Below are positions 1 to 8,633 of a stretch of DNA of 64,000 nucleotides, one piece after another. The translations under genes and the position numbers were made by a program. The stretch covers positions 11,988 to 75,987 of the IMG/VR virus record IMGVR_UViG_3300022748_000017; one strand, 5' to 3'. This stretch comes from a virus. Within the stretch, counting starts at the first letter, position 1. Every line of letters begins with the position of its first letter. The notes beneath the pieces were generated by a model. It was not told where the DNA came from and did no database searches. It was given only the letters and a program-made list of their open reading frames with translations.

Positions 1-1140
1 TTCATTCAAAGTATCAATCTGCTTTGTCAATGCAGCGATATTTTGCTCAATGGTCGGGCCAGAAAGAGCTTCTTTGGTAGAGTCCCACCAATCGCTAAAA
101 GTCTTTTGCAGGAAACGCCATTTTTCTTGAAGCATCCCAACGCCACGGGCTTGCTGCTCAAGTTTGGTTGTCAAGGCAATAGAAATCTCTTTTGCGGCCT
201 CTTGAGTCTTTCCAAGTTTCTCAAGCGATTCAATGTTCTTGTACTGCTCAAGAGTCAAGAAATTCATCTTGTCATTGAGTGACTTTGCCTCAGAAGCTGA
301 GCCACTAAGAGCACCAGACAATGCTTTTGCTGCATCAGCACCAGAGATTCCTGCAACCCGAGCATATGTAAGCACAGCACGTTCAGCCGCACCAATGGAC
401 TCTTCCGTGAACTTCCCAGACTCCATTAAGCCCATCAAAGCATCTTTTGCAGTGCTGATTGATGTTCCACTGGCCTGAGCCATTTCTTTGGAAAGGCTGC
501 GCCACTTCTCAAGAGTTACACCAGAATAGTTGCCAGTCAGCGCAATGGTTTTGTTGAAGTTATCAATCTCTTCATCAGCCTTGTATGCCGCATAAGCAAG
601 CGCAGCAAAGCTACCAATGATGCCTCCAAGAGCCAACTTAAATGGAGAGAACAAAGAAAGCACAGCGCGGAAAGCATTGCCAACACCGCCCATCGAATCT
701 TTCAACTGACCACCTTGCTGAATGAAGGCAATCATCGCGTTCTGACCGCTGGCAATCTGTGTAAAGAAGTCGGTAAGCTGATATGTCACTTGCAACTTTT
801 GCTGCTCAGACATTGCACCACTCATCTTCTTCATGGATGCCGCTTTTGCGTCATAGGCTTTTGCTTCAGCAAGCAACATGTCTTTTGTGTTCTGAGCCGC
901 ATACATAAAGCGGCCCTTGCTGATTTCACGCTCAATCTGCTCGACTTTTGTTAGAGTCTTGCCATAGTCTTCAGTAGCATCTTTGAGCGCAGAAACCTCA
1001 CGCAAAGCAGCCTTGGTATCTTTCTCAACTTGATTGGAAAATTCTTTGAATTGTTTTTTGGCAGCGTCAATCCCCGTAACAAGCTCACCGCTGTCAACGC
1101 CAAGAACAATGCCAAGTCTGGCTAGGTATTGAGAAGCCAT
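1..1140 (-). CDS. Tape measure protein, copy A (5' part; runs off the left edge)
   Basis: Manual translation from the ATG at 1140: MASQYLARLGIVLGVDSGEL...QLTDFFTQIASGQNAMIAFIQQGGQLKDS, a lambda gpH-like TMP motif. The N-terminus matches TMP B (ARLGVLLGIDS). It lies downstream of the tail chaperone genes. Confidence 0.85.
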   Translation of the reverse strand, partial: MASQYLARLGIVLGVDSGELVTGIDAAKKQFKEFSNQVEKDTKAALREVSALKDATEDYGKTLTKVEQIEREISKGRFMYAAQNTKDMLLAEAKAYDAKAASMKKMSGAMSEQQKLQVTYQLTDFFTQIASGQNAMIAFIQQGGQLKDSMGGVGNAFRAVLSLFSPFKLALGGIIGSFAALAYAAYKADEEIDNFNKTIALTGNYSGVTLEKWRSLSKEMAQASGTSISTAKDALMGLMESGKFTEESIGAAERAVLTYARVAGISGADAAKALSGALSGSASEAKSLNDKMNFLTLEQYKNIESLEKLGKTQEAAKEISIALTTKLEQQARGVGMLQEKWRFLQKTFSDWWDSTKEALSGPTIEQNIAALTKQIDTLNE

Positions 1141-1619
1141 TATTTCTTCCTCCGGGCTTGTTTAGCCGCCACTGTGTTGATGTATTCAACCAAGTTTTCT
1201 TTGAAAATGCTGACCACATTATCCCTGTGTTTGGATATGGCTGGACGCAAAAAAGACTGAGCAGGAATCTTCTTTGTCCCGAATTCTTGGGCCAAAGAGA
1301 CTGCTGATTTTTTGACTGAAACGACAGCAATAGCCACATCGGTCTGATTGACCATCAGGGACTTTCTATCTGTTTCGTTAGGAATTCGTGCCGTGACTTT
1401 GACCGTATCCCGCATGTGGATCGGATTCTTCTCGTCACGGGCTTTTGTGCCGACAGGAACCGTGGTCAGAACCTCGTTGTAGACAGGCTCCATCGCATCC
1501 TTGGCGGCTTTAACCAAGGTTTGACGGGCAACTGTATCTGCTCTTCCAAGAGCCATCAGATCGGAAAGTTTGGACTCAAGCTCTTCCAAACCTTCTATCC
1601 GAAAAATCTCAGTTGCCAT
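1140..1619 (-). CDS. HK97 gp10-like tail component, copy A
   Basis: IEGLEEL N-terminus and AQEFGTKKIPAQSFLRPA C-terminal motif; paralogue of 42441-42995. Confidence 0.8.
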   Translation of the reverse strand: MATEIFRIEGLEELESKLSDLMALGRADTVARQTLVKAAKDAMEPVYNEVLTTVPVGTKARDEKNPIHMRDTVKVTARIPNETDRKSLMVNQTDVAIAVVSVKKSAVSLAQEFGTKKIPAQSFLRPAISKHRDNVVSIFKENLVEYINTVAAKQARRKK

Positions 1620-1620
1620 G

Positions 1621-1964
1621 TCACGCCTTTATGTAAGCCTCCGACCCCGGTTTCATGGCAATGAAGGACAACAAGTTGGTGTTGGCCTGTTCTCGCTTCT
1701 GTTCCTCGGAAAGAGGTGGAACAATGTAATCGTGTGTTGACGGCAATACGTCCTGCATCTTGAAGGGCGTAGCTGTTTTCTGTATTTTCGCGTTCAGGTT
1801 GCCTGTGGTCAAACAACTCAAGGCCAGAAGCACCGCCTTGGGTCCAAGCATACCATCAGACAACATGATTTCAATGGATCGCATGTCATCCACTGGAATC
1901 TCGTCAGGACACCCGCCGTGAGCATAGACATAAGCCCTAGCTTGGCGACGAATGTCCTGTATTA
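1621..1964 (-). CDS. Tail assembly chaperone, -1 frameshift extension (gpT-like), copy A
   Basis: The frame is open from the slippery site (KLIQDIRRQARAY...) into ORF 1621-1893; homologous to 41585-41920. Confidence 0.7.
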
Positions 1965-2417
1965 GTTTTTTCGCTCGTCCTTGTATCCGGGCTGGATGGC
2001 ATCGCCAATCTTGCCCACGATTTCAATCTGGACGGACAAAGGCCACTCGGCTTCAATCTCTTCGTATGTCAGATCATCCAAGGTCCCCTCTTGTGGGACC
2101 AGCAACCGGATGAATTCGACCACACGGGCTTCAAATTGAAGGCCAATACGAACCACATCTTTTGTGGAGCGACCATCAACGATGACATCATCATCAGTGA
2201 AGACCACGCCTGCTGTCTCGATATTCTTATCGAACCCAGCGACCAATTTTTCATAGCGTTCATCAAACTTTGCCTGATCGACTTCTTTGACACGCTCTTC
2301 AATCGCTTCCATTTCCTTGGTCAAAGGAATACGGACGCGAAAGGTTTGACCTGCAATCTCAAACGTCTTGATCCGCAGGTCTTGTGAATTCTTAAATGCT
2401 GCTCCGAGCCTTGTCAT
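1962..2417 (-). CDS. Tail assembly chaperone (gpG-like), copy A
   Basis: Lies between tail tube and TMP, ends at a slippery heptamer, homologous to 41953-42444. Confidence 0.75.
   Translation of the reverse strand: MTRLGAAFKNSQDLRIKTFEIAGQTFRVRIPLTKEMEAIEERVKEVDQAKFDERYEKLVAGFDKNIETAGVVFTDDDVIVDGRSTKDVVRIGLQFEARVVEFIRLLVPQEGTLDDLTYEEIEAEWPLSVQIEIVGKIGDAIQPGYKDERKN
1965..1971 (-). other. -1 ribosomal frameshift slippery site A AAA AAC
   Basis: XXXYYYZ heptamer immediately before the TAA stop; the -1 frame continues into the downstream ORF. Confidence 0.75.
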
Positions 2418-2418
2418 G

Positions 2419-2649
2419 TCATTTCCTGTTGTTGATAATCTTGTTGTAAATCTCTTGATTCAGTTCGACAGCATAGTCCACCGCCTCTGTTGGAGTCAGT
2501 TTATCTGCATGTTTGGCTGCAATTTCATGAGATAGCGCAACCGCCGTAATTCTTTGAGTTGAAAAGCTAAACCAATCTTTTCTTTCACTTGATTGAAGAA
2601 GCAAAAAATGTAAGAGGTCTAAACTTGATTTTTTGTCGTCTTTTGTCAT
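2419..2649 (-). CDS. Small conserved tail-region hypothetical protein, copy A
   Basis: Homologous to 42996-43223 (KDWF..LSHEIA.KHADK.TP.E). Confidence 0.7.
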   Translation of the reverse strand: MTKDDKKSSLDLLHFLLLQSSERKDWFSFSTQRITAVALSHEIAAKHADKLTPTEAVDYAVELNQEIYNKIINNRK

Positions 2650-2651
2650 AT

Positions 2652-3200
2652 TTATTCTATTAAAAATTGATTGTGTTTTTTTCTGTTTTCTTGTTTTGTG
2701 ATAATCATAAGATTTTCTGGAACATGAAGCCCACAAACCTTATTATTTATCAAAGGAATGATGTGGTCAACTTCAACATCAAATCCATTCTTTCTCATTC
2801 TTGACGCCTTTGCATAAATTTCTTTAATTGCCTCAAGATTCGCCCAAGATGGAGTGCATGTTTTTTTGTGCGATCTTCTTTTGGCGCAATAAAAGTACGA
2901 CAACTCGGCATGTTTTTCTTTATTCAAAGATTCCCAGCTTCTTGCTCTTGATTTGTAGACATCACTATTTTTAGAATAATGATTCTTCTTTTGCTCAAGA
3001 ACTTTTTGCAAATTGTTTGCTTTCCATTGTTTGGCGTTTTGTTTTATTTTTTCTGCATTTTTCTGATAATACAACTTGTCACAAGATTTGCATCTGCTAG
3101 ACAAACCATATTTGCCTTGTGGATTTGCAGAAAAACACAAAATTTCTTTTGTCTCTTTGCATGTACCACATTGTTTTTTCAATACAATTGTTTCGCTCAT
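2652..3200 (-). mobile_element. HNH homing endonuclease, A only
   Basis: CxxC pairs and VDHIIPL...VCGLHVPENL...ENRKKHN; AT-rich; absent at the equivalent position in B. Confidence 0.8.
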
Positions 3201-3265
3201 TTCGTTCTCCATTAACGTCATGGGAAGTAAAGCCTCAGTGCGCCAACACTGGGGCTTTGCGCTTT

Positions 3266-3790
3266 TTAAGCGTTGTTCGACCAACCGTAGCTGTTGCCAC
3301 CAACCGGATGGATGGTGAATTCAAATTTACCTTCAGCAGTAGGAGACATGTCCCACTTCAGGCCACCAACGCGACCATTGAAGGCGTATGCCACAGTGTC
3401 AGTGCCGTCATACACAGCAACAACATAGGTACGGATGATCGTACCGCTTGTGCCGTCAGCACGCATCAGCAACTGAGCAGGATCAGCAGGGTTCCATGCG
3501 GCAGTGATGGTCAAAGAAGTCACTTGGTTTTGGGTAGTGATCTTTGCACCAGTACGAGCACCAGCAACCGAGTAAGCTGCAAAAGCGTCATCAGAACCGA
3601 AGGCGGGGACTGCTTCCACAGGAATCTGTTCGCCATCAGTGCCAGTGCCGCCAGCAGACGTACCGATAATGTCAGCAACTTGACCTGTCCAAGTACCCAG
3701 TTGGGTATCTGTCAGAGCAGTAGGGTTAGAGCCGGTTTGACACCACAGCGTAGCAACGTAACCGGGCAAGACTTTGTTAATCAGAGCCAT
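3266..3790 (-). CDS. Major tail (tube) protein, copy A
   Basis: 174 aa, Thr/Gly/Ala-rich, after the tail terminator and before the chaperones; highly similar to 43230-43754. Confidence 0.75.
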   Translation of the reverse strand: MALINKVLPGYVATLWCQTGSNPTALTDTQLGTWTGQVADIIGTSAGGTGTDGEQIPVEAVPAFGSDDAFAAYSVAGARTGAKITTQNQVTSLTITAAWNPADPAQLLMRADGTSGTIIRTYVVAVYDGTDTVAYAFNGRVGGLKWDMSPTAEGKFEFTIHPVGGNSYGWSNNA

Positions 3791-3828
3791 TTTGAGCTTC
3801 CTTTAAAGAGTTGAACAATTATCTTGTT

Positions 3829-4248
3829 TTAAGCTGGGATGTCAATGGTGCAATCCAAATAGATTTGCGCCATCTTCTCTTCGTTATTGTAGCTGTTATA
3901 TAGCCACAAAACATCAGCTTTTGCGATGAAGAAACCGTCAGAAGGCGAACCAAACTGACCGCTATATCCATGCAACTGCTGGAGAATTTGATTGGAAATT
4001 GTGAATCCATCTTCAATCTGCTGAGTGAAAATGGAAATCTGAAATGTCGGCCTGTCAATGCCCTTGTTGCCCTTTGTCTGGCCCGTATACACAGGCTGAT
4101 GGACATCACGCAGCATCCAAGTAATGAACTTGGGCTGATTGGCAAAGTTCCTGTTGAACGCCGCATACACGGGCACAGGATTGACGATTTGCGTCAGTTG
4201 GTACTGAATCGCTTTACCGTAATCAACGACATTGAGTTGCTGGACCAT
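3829..4248 (-). CDS. Tail terminator/completion protein (SPP1 gp17/DUF3168-like), copy A
   Basis: Size, gene order, FQISIF motif; homologue at 43797-44213. Confidence 0.65.
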   Translation of the reverse strand: MVQQLNVVDYGKAIQYQLTQIVNPVPVYAAFNRNFANQPKFITWMLRDVHQPVYTGQTKGNKGIDRPTFQISIFTQQIEDGFTISNQILQQLHGYSGQFGSPSDGFFIAKADVLWLYNSYNNEEKMAQIYLDCTIDIPA

Positions 4249-4593
4249 TTAGACCGCCGTAACTGGATCAGAACGATAGCACATCAACGTCACGCGCATA
4301 CGGTCATTCGATTCACGAACATCCGTGATGCGCCAATCGTTACCGCGCCAAGTGATTGAATACGACTGCTGGTTATCAACAATCGTCTTCATGTTCGGAG
4401 TGTAGTTCAACGTGAAATTGACCAAATCCTGATACAGACGATACCTGTCCGCAATCTTCACACTGTTTGCGACATCAGCAACCCTTGCGCGAGTACCAAA
4501 CCACACCGTTTGCGTGGTCGATTGCTCACCGAAATCCGACTTTCCAAAAGCCAGATTGTTGATCGTGATGTTCTCAAAACGAGCGATTGTCAT
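4249..4593 (-). CDS. Head closure/head-tail adaptor (SPP1 gp16-like), copy A
   Basis: 114 aa, ITWRGNDWRITDV motif, gene order. Confidence 0.75.
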   Translation of the reverse strand: MTIARFENITINNLAFGKSDFGEQSTTQTVWFGTRARVADVANSVKIADRYRLYQDLVNFTLNYTPNMKTIVDNQQSYSITWRGNDWRITDVRESNDRMRVTLMCYRSDPVTAV

Positions 4594-5264
4594 TACATCA
4601 CCAATGGCTTGTATGAACGGAGCAGCGTTGTCACACCAAACGGAATGTCCTTCAGTTTGGTTTCAGTAGCATTTGCACGATTGTTGTACAAGTGCGTGAA
4701 CAACAGCAGACCAGCTTGCTTAATCACAGGGTACGTCTGCAACGGGTTCGGAGCAGTGGTGTACTCAACAATGATTGGCGCAGTCATGCTGCTGTTGATG
4801 TTGGTCGGCAGACTCGACACGATGACCTTGTTGCCGCTTGCATCGTAGTAATACTCAGTGTCGCTGATGACAGTCAGGACAGGAGGCGTTGCATCGCTCC
4901 AGAATGCCACACGATTGATTTCCACACCAGACAAATCAGGATACTGATTCTGGCTGACTTCAGGAAGGTCAAGGCAAGTTGGAGAAGCCACAAGGCTTTC
5001 TGGTCCGTACCAAACTCGGTACGTCACAGGGAAAATCGACAGGCCAAGATAATCCTCAATTGCTTGGCGCGTAGCCAGTTCAAGGCTCTTGAGGTATGTA
5101 TCTTGGCTTTCGTCTTCAAACAGGTTGATATGCTGTGTAATCTCATCCAGCGTCAGCCAAGGCGTAACCACATCGCGGTCAATCTGCTCAACCTTTGTGT
5201 AGTTGAACGGATTGCGCGTTTGTGCGCCAAACGGCAGACCGGAAAGAGCGTTATCAGCAGCCAT
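4593..5264 (-). CDS. Head-tail connector (HK97 gp6-like), copy A
   Basis: LTLDEI...D.YL..L..A..AIEDY and IKQAGLLLFTHLYNNR...IPFGV..LLR.Y motifs. Confidence 0.85.
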   Translation of the reverse strand: MAADNALSGLPFGAQTRNPFNYTKVEQIDRDVVTPWLTLDEITQHINLFEDESQDTYLKSLELATRQAIEDYLGLSIFPVTYRVWYGPESLVASPTCLDLPEVSQNQYPDLSGVEINRVAFWSDATPPVLTVISDTEYYYDASGNKVIVSSLPTNINSSMTAPIIVEYTTAPNPLQTYPVIKQAGLLLFTHLYNNRANATETKLKDIPFGVTTLLRSYKPLVM

Positions 5265-5274
5265 ACTTCACCTC

Positions 5275-6291
5275 TTAAGCACTCATACGAGCGCCAGCAA
5301 ACGGATCACGGACAGTAGACACAACACGCTTTTCAGCATAGATGGTCATGAAGCCGGGAGTGGTCTGTTCAAACAATTGAATCGACATTTCCTCATTGTC
5401 GCCGATTGTCATGAAACGAGGCCAGTTTGCCAAATAAATTGGGAAGCTGGTAGACAAATATGGGTTCGGCACAACTTTGAAACCGAACATATAAGCTACA
5501 GCACCACCATCGTCATCACCAGTTTCCACGAACAGCGGCAAACCTTGACCGTCTTTCAGCTTACGCAGAGAGTCAATCATGGAAGGACGAATGTGCCATG
5601 CGTTGCCGGGAAGAGGCCAGTATTGGCTTGGGAAAGCGTTCACGATGTCAACAATGTTGTCATAGGTCACGCCACCGCTGGTTTGTGCAACTGTAGCCAG
5701 TGTGTGAATACCAGCAGTGATTGCAGTGCCAGAAGTGCCATAAGCAGCCTCTGAACCAGACGTATACATGTCCAGACCGCGAAGGCCAGATGTTGCGCCA
5801 GTGGAAGTGGTTGTAGAGCCAGCTTGGTCGTTGTTGATCGCCATCGAAGCACCTTCGATTTGCGAGAATTCCAACATCAGGTCTTCAACCAAAGTGTTTT
5901 GCAAGTTGTTCACATCCGACAGAACTGCTGTACGGACGGGAAGCTGTGCAGTCACAGCACGAACGGGCAATTGCCAGATCGAGGTGTTTGTGCCGGGAGT
6001 ACCAGTGTTATTCTGAACTGGATAGCCCCAAGGATTCGTTTGATAAGCAGCGTTACCAGTCTTGGCAACGAACTGTTCATCAGAACCGTCAGTTGTCACC
6101 ACGCGGGCAGCTTGACGGAAAGGGTTTGCATATCGCAGCGTTGCGAATGCGTCATCAAAGATAACACGACCACCAATACCCGAACCGGAACCAGTCAACG
6201 AGGACGCTTCCTTGAGGTCGATGGAGACTGTGCTGCCTTCTGTATAGGCTTGTTTGATTCCGCTAAGGATTTTCTCGGTGATAGTAGTCAT
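5275..6291 (-). CDS. Second HK97-fold capsid protein (putative minor/vertex capsid), copy A
   Basis: Colinear similarity to the upstream capsid protein (NTSIWQ, PVRTAVL.D, YAEKRVVSTVRDPFAG); short N-terminal leader. Confidence 0.85.
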   Translation of the reverse strand: MTTITEKILSGIKQAYTEGSTVSIDLKEASSLTGSGSGIGGRVIFDDAFATLRYANPFRQAARVVTTDGSDEQFVAKTGNAAYQTNPWGYPVQNNTGTPGTNTSIWQLPVRAVTAQLPVRTAVLSDVNNLQNTLVEDLMLEFSQIEGASMAINNDQAGSTTTSTGATSGLRGLDMYTSGSEAAYGTSGTAITAGIHTLATVAQTSGGVTYDNIVDIVNAFPSQYWPLPGNAWHIRPSMIDSLRKLKDGQGLPLFVETGDDDGGAVAYMFGFKVVPNPYLSTSFPIYLANWPRFMTIGDNEEMSIQLFEQTTPGFMTIYAEKRVVSTVRDPFAGARMSA

Positions 6292-6314
6292 GGCATTTCC
6301 TAAAAAAGCGAATT

Positions 6315-6342
6315 AAAAAGCGGGGGCCGTAGCCCCCACTTT
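6315..6342 (-). terminator. Intrinsic terminator between the capsid paralogues, copy A
   Basis: GGGGGC-TACG-GCCCCC hairpin followed by a T-tract on the minus strand. Confidence 0.75.
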
Positions 6343-6344
6343 CA

Positions 6345-7694
6345 TCAGGTTGCTGTACCTGTCGAACGATAGCGAACGCCAGCGAACGGATCGCGCACAG
6401 AAGTTGCCAGACGCTTTTCACCGTAGAAGGTGATGTAGCCGGGCAATGTCTGGTCATAGCGACGAACCAGCATGTTCAGACGGTCGATGATCGTGTGGAA
6501 ACGCGACCAGTCAGCGAAGTACGCAGGGTACAGGCTGGTAGTGCCAGCAGAGCCAGTAGTGGCTTGTGCAGGAGCGTCAACGTAGCTGTTAACAACCACA
6601 TCGAAGCCCAACAGTTGACCGACGATACCGTCAACCGACAAACCTTCGTTACGGTTGAAGATAGGAGCGCCGTTGTCATCAACCAGACCACGCACTTGCG
6701 ACAAGAACACGTTGTTCATCATGATCTTGGCATTGGGGGTCCAATACTGCTGTGGCAGAGCGTAGATGAAGTTAACGATGTCCTTGTAGGTCACGTTACC
6801 AGCGCCCACGGTGTTGGCGTTAGTGGTCAACTGGTCATAGGTGTTCAGGCTATGCAGACCAGTGTTGGAGCCAGTACCGGAAGTACCGAAAGCAGCAGTC
6901 GAGTGCGTACCACCAGTGTAGGTAGCGTTAGCACCGCCGTACTGATCCAGACCACGCAGACCATCAGCACCACCAGTAGCTACGGTAGTACCGTCACCAG
7001 ACTGGTCGTTGTTGGAGATCATGGACTGAGCTTCAGCTTGCGCGAATTCAGCCAGCATGTCATCAACCACGTTGGCTTCCAAGCCGTCGATGTCGTCCAG
7101 AGCCGCAGTACGGATCGGGAACTGCACGTTGATGTCCTTCAGAACGATTTGCCAGATACTGGTGTTTTCAGTAGTAGCCGAACCGTTGTTCTGGATTGCA
7201 TAGCCCCACTGAGCGCCAGCGTTGCCAGTCTTCACACGGAACTGATAGCTGGAACCATCGGTAGCAACGGTGCGAGACACGCCGCGCAGAGGGTTTTCCA
7301 GACGCAGAGCGCGGAACACGGGATCGTAAGCAGTACGACCACCTTTGCCATCACCGCCAGCGGTCAGAGCAGAGGCTTCAGTCATGTACGCAGCCAGTTG
7401 CGACTCGTCAGAGAAAATCTTCAGTTCTTTGTCCACATTGGACTTGCCAGAAGCCATCTCTTTGAGTTGTTCGCGCACCAGACGGTTAACGTCTTGACGA
7501 ACGCTCTTGGCCTTCTCTTTGTGGATAGCAGGAGCTTGCACAGAAGCAACTTTGGCTTCCAGAGCAGACACCATTTCGCTGAATTCAGCTTTGACAGCTT
7601 CAACAGCAGCGGGGATAGCAGCTTCAACTGCTTGGATTTTCTCGGCTTGCGAAGCCTCGATAGCATCCAGTTTTTCGATGATTTCTTTAGACAT
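6345..7694 (-). CDS. Major capsid protein, HK97 family, copy A
   Basis: Coiled-coil delta-like N-terminus, GQLLGFDVVVN, follows the protease. Confidence 0.92.
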   Translation of the reverse strand: MSKEIIEKLDAIEASQAEKIQAVEAAIPAAVEAVKAEFSEMVSALEAKVASVQAPAIHKEKAKSVRQDVNRLVREQLKEMASGKSNVDKELKIFSDESQLAAYMTEASALTAGGDGKGGRTAYDPVFRALRLENPLRGVSRTVATDGSSYQFRVKTGNAGAQWGYAIQNNGSATTENTSIWQIVLKDINVQFPIRTAALDDIDGLEANVVDDMLAEFAQAEAQSMISNNDQSGDGTTVATGGADGLRGLDQYGGANATYTGGTHSTAAFGTSGTGSNTGLHSLNTYDQLTTNANTVGAGNVTYKDIVNFIYALPQQYWTPNAKIMMNNVFLSQVRGLVDDNGAPIFNRNEGLSVDGIVGQLLGFDVVVNSYVDAPAQATTGSAGTTSLYPAYFADWSRFHTIIDRLNMLVRRYDQTLPGYITFYGEKRLATSVRDPFAGVRYRSTGTAT

Positions 7695-7696
7695 GA

Positions 7697-8494
7697 TTAG
7701 CCTTTCAAGCGTTTGTCTAGGAGTTTAAGAAGTTCACGCTGCTCAAGAGCCGCGAGAATTTCGGCGGTTGCCTCCACATCAGAATCACTCTGAATAGGCG
7801 CAGTTTCAGCAGATTCACCAACGGCATCACGCTGTTCGATCACCTGCTTGAATACAGATGCGGCGGCAACCGACATCTGTTTGGACAGACCTGCATCCCG
7901 CAGGGCTTCTTCCAATACCTTCAAATCAGCAGAGCCATCTGGACGGAAATACTCCAGCTTCTTCACTTCTGCTTTGGGGTTGTTTGGATGCATCACAACG
8001 CTGGTCTCGCGCAGACCACCTTTGGTGATTTGGAAGTAACCATCTTCGTAAACATTGTCCGAGCCAACAGTCATCGGTGTGCCATCTTCTTTGACCCACT
8101 GATATTCGTCAGCATAAGCACCAACAGAAACGCCACCAAACATGTTTGGCGATTCGCTCATGACTTGATAAAGGTCCGAACCACTTGTGGTGTTCAGGAA
8201 CAAACGACCACTGGCATTCATGCCATCATCGTCCATTTCAAGAGAGGTCCATTCACCAACAGGAATCTGGTCCGAGTTGTGATTAACGTACATTGGGAGA
8301 GGACGGCCCGATGCGGCAAATTCCTTTGCCCATTCCATAAATCCTTCTGGCTTGTAGAAGAACTTACGACCATCAGCGCCTTCGCGTGCGCCCCAAGTAG
8401 TGATACGAGCTTCAATCTTTCCTGTCGGTTCGCCGCTTGCGGCCTTTTCGGACAGGTTCAGTTTTGCTTCGCAGATGAGATTGATTTGCTTCAT
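7697..8494 (-). CDS. Prohead protease, HK97 family, copy A
   Basis: PMYVNH, PVGEW, GVSVG, LRETSVVMHPNN motifs. Confidence 0.9.
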   Translation of the reverse strand: MKQINLICEAKLNLSEKAASGEPTGKIEARITTWGAREGADGRKFFYKPEGFMEWAKEFAASGRPLPMYVNHNSDQIPVGEWTSLEMDDDGMNASGRLFLNTTSGSDLYQVMSESPNMFGGVSVGAYADEYQWVKEDGTPMTVGSDNVYEDGYFQITKGGLRETSVVMHPNNPKAEVKKLEYFRPDGSADLKVLEEALRDAGLSKQMSVAAASVFKQVIEQRDAVGESAETAPIQSDSDVEATAEILAALEQRELLKLLDKRLKG

Positions 8495-8627
8495 TGATTG
8501 CCCCTAAACCAATTGACTGGTTGTTGTCTTGTATTTTAGGGGGTTGCCCTTGTAATACAGGCAACGGTGTCTTAGGTCTAATGACCTGTTTTGCCAATGC
8601 TACCAGATATTTTGAATCAGTACGCAT
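8412..8627 (-). CDS. Small basic hypothetical protein between portal and protease, copy A
   Basis: Positional counterpart at 48373-48579 shares G.PPKI.D. Confidence 0.4.
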   Translation of the reverse strand: MRTDSKYLVALAKQVIRPKTPLPVLQGQPPKIQDNNQSIGLGAINEANQSHLRSKTEPVRKGRKRRTDRKD

Positions 8628-8633
8628 TTTTTA

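Noticed and set aside
6495-7700. Long plus-strand ORFs antisense to the capsid genes in both copies (also 46420-47658, 37030-37944)
   Set aside because: Typical shadow ORFs from the codon bias of highly expressed genes; no RBS or protein motifs. This differs from the MTase +1 frame, which has its own conserved motif and paired start codon
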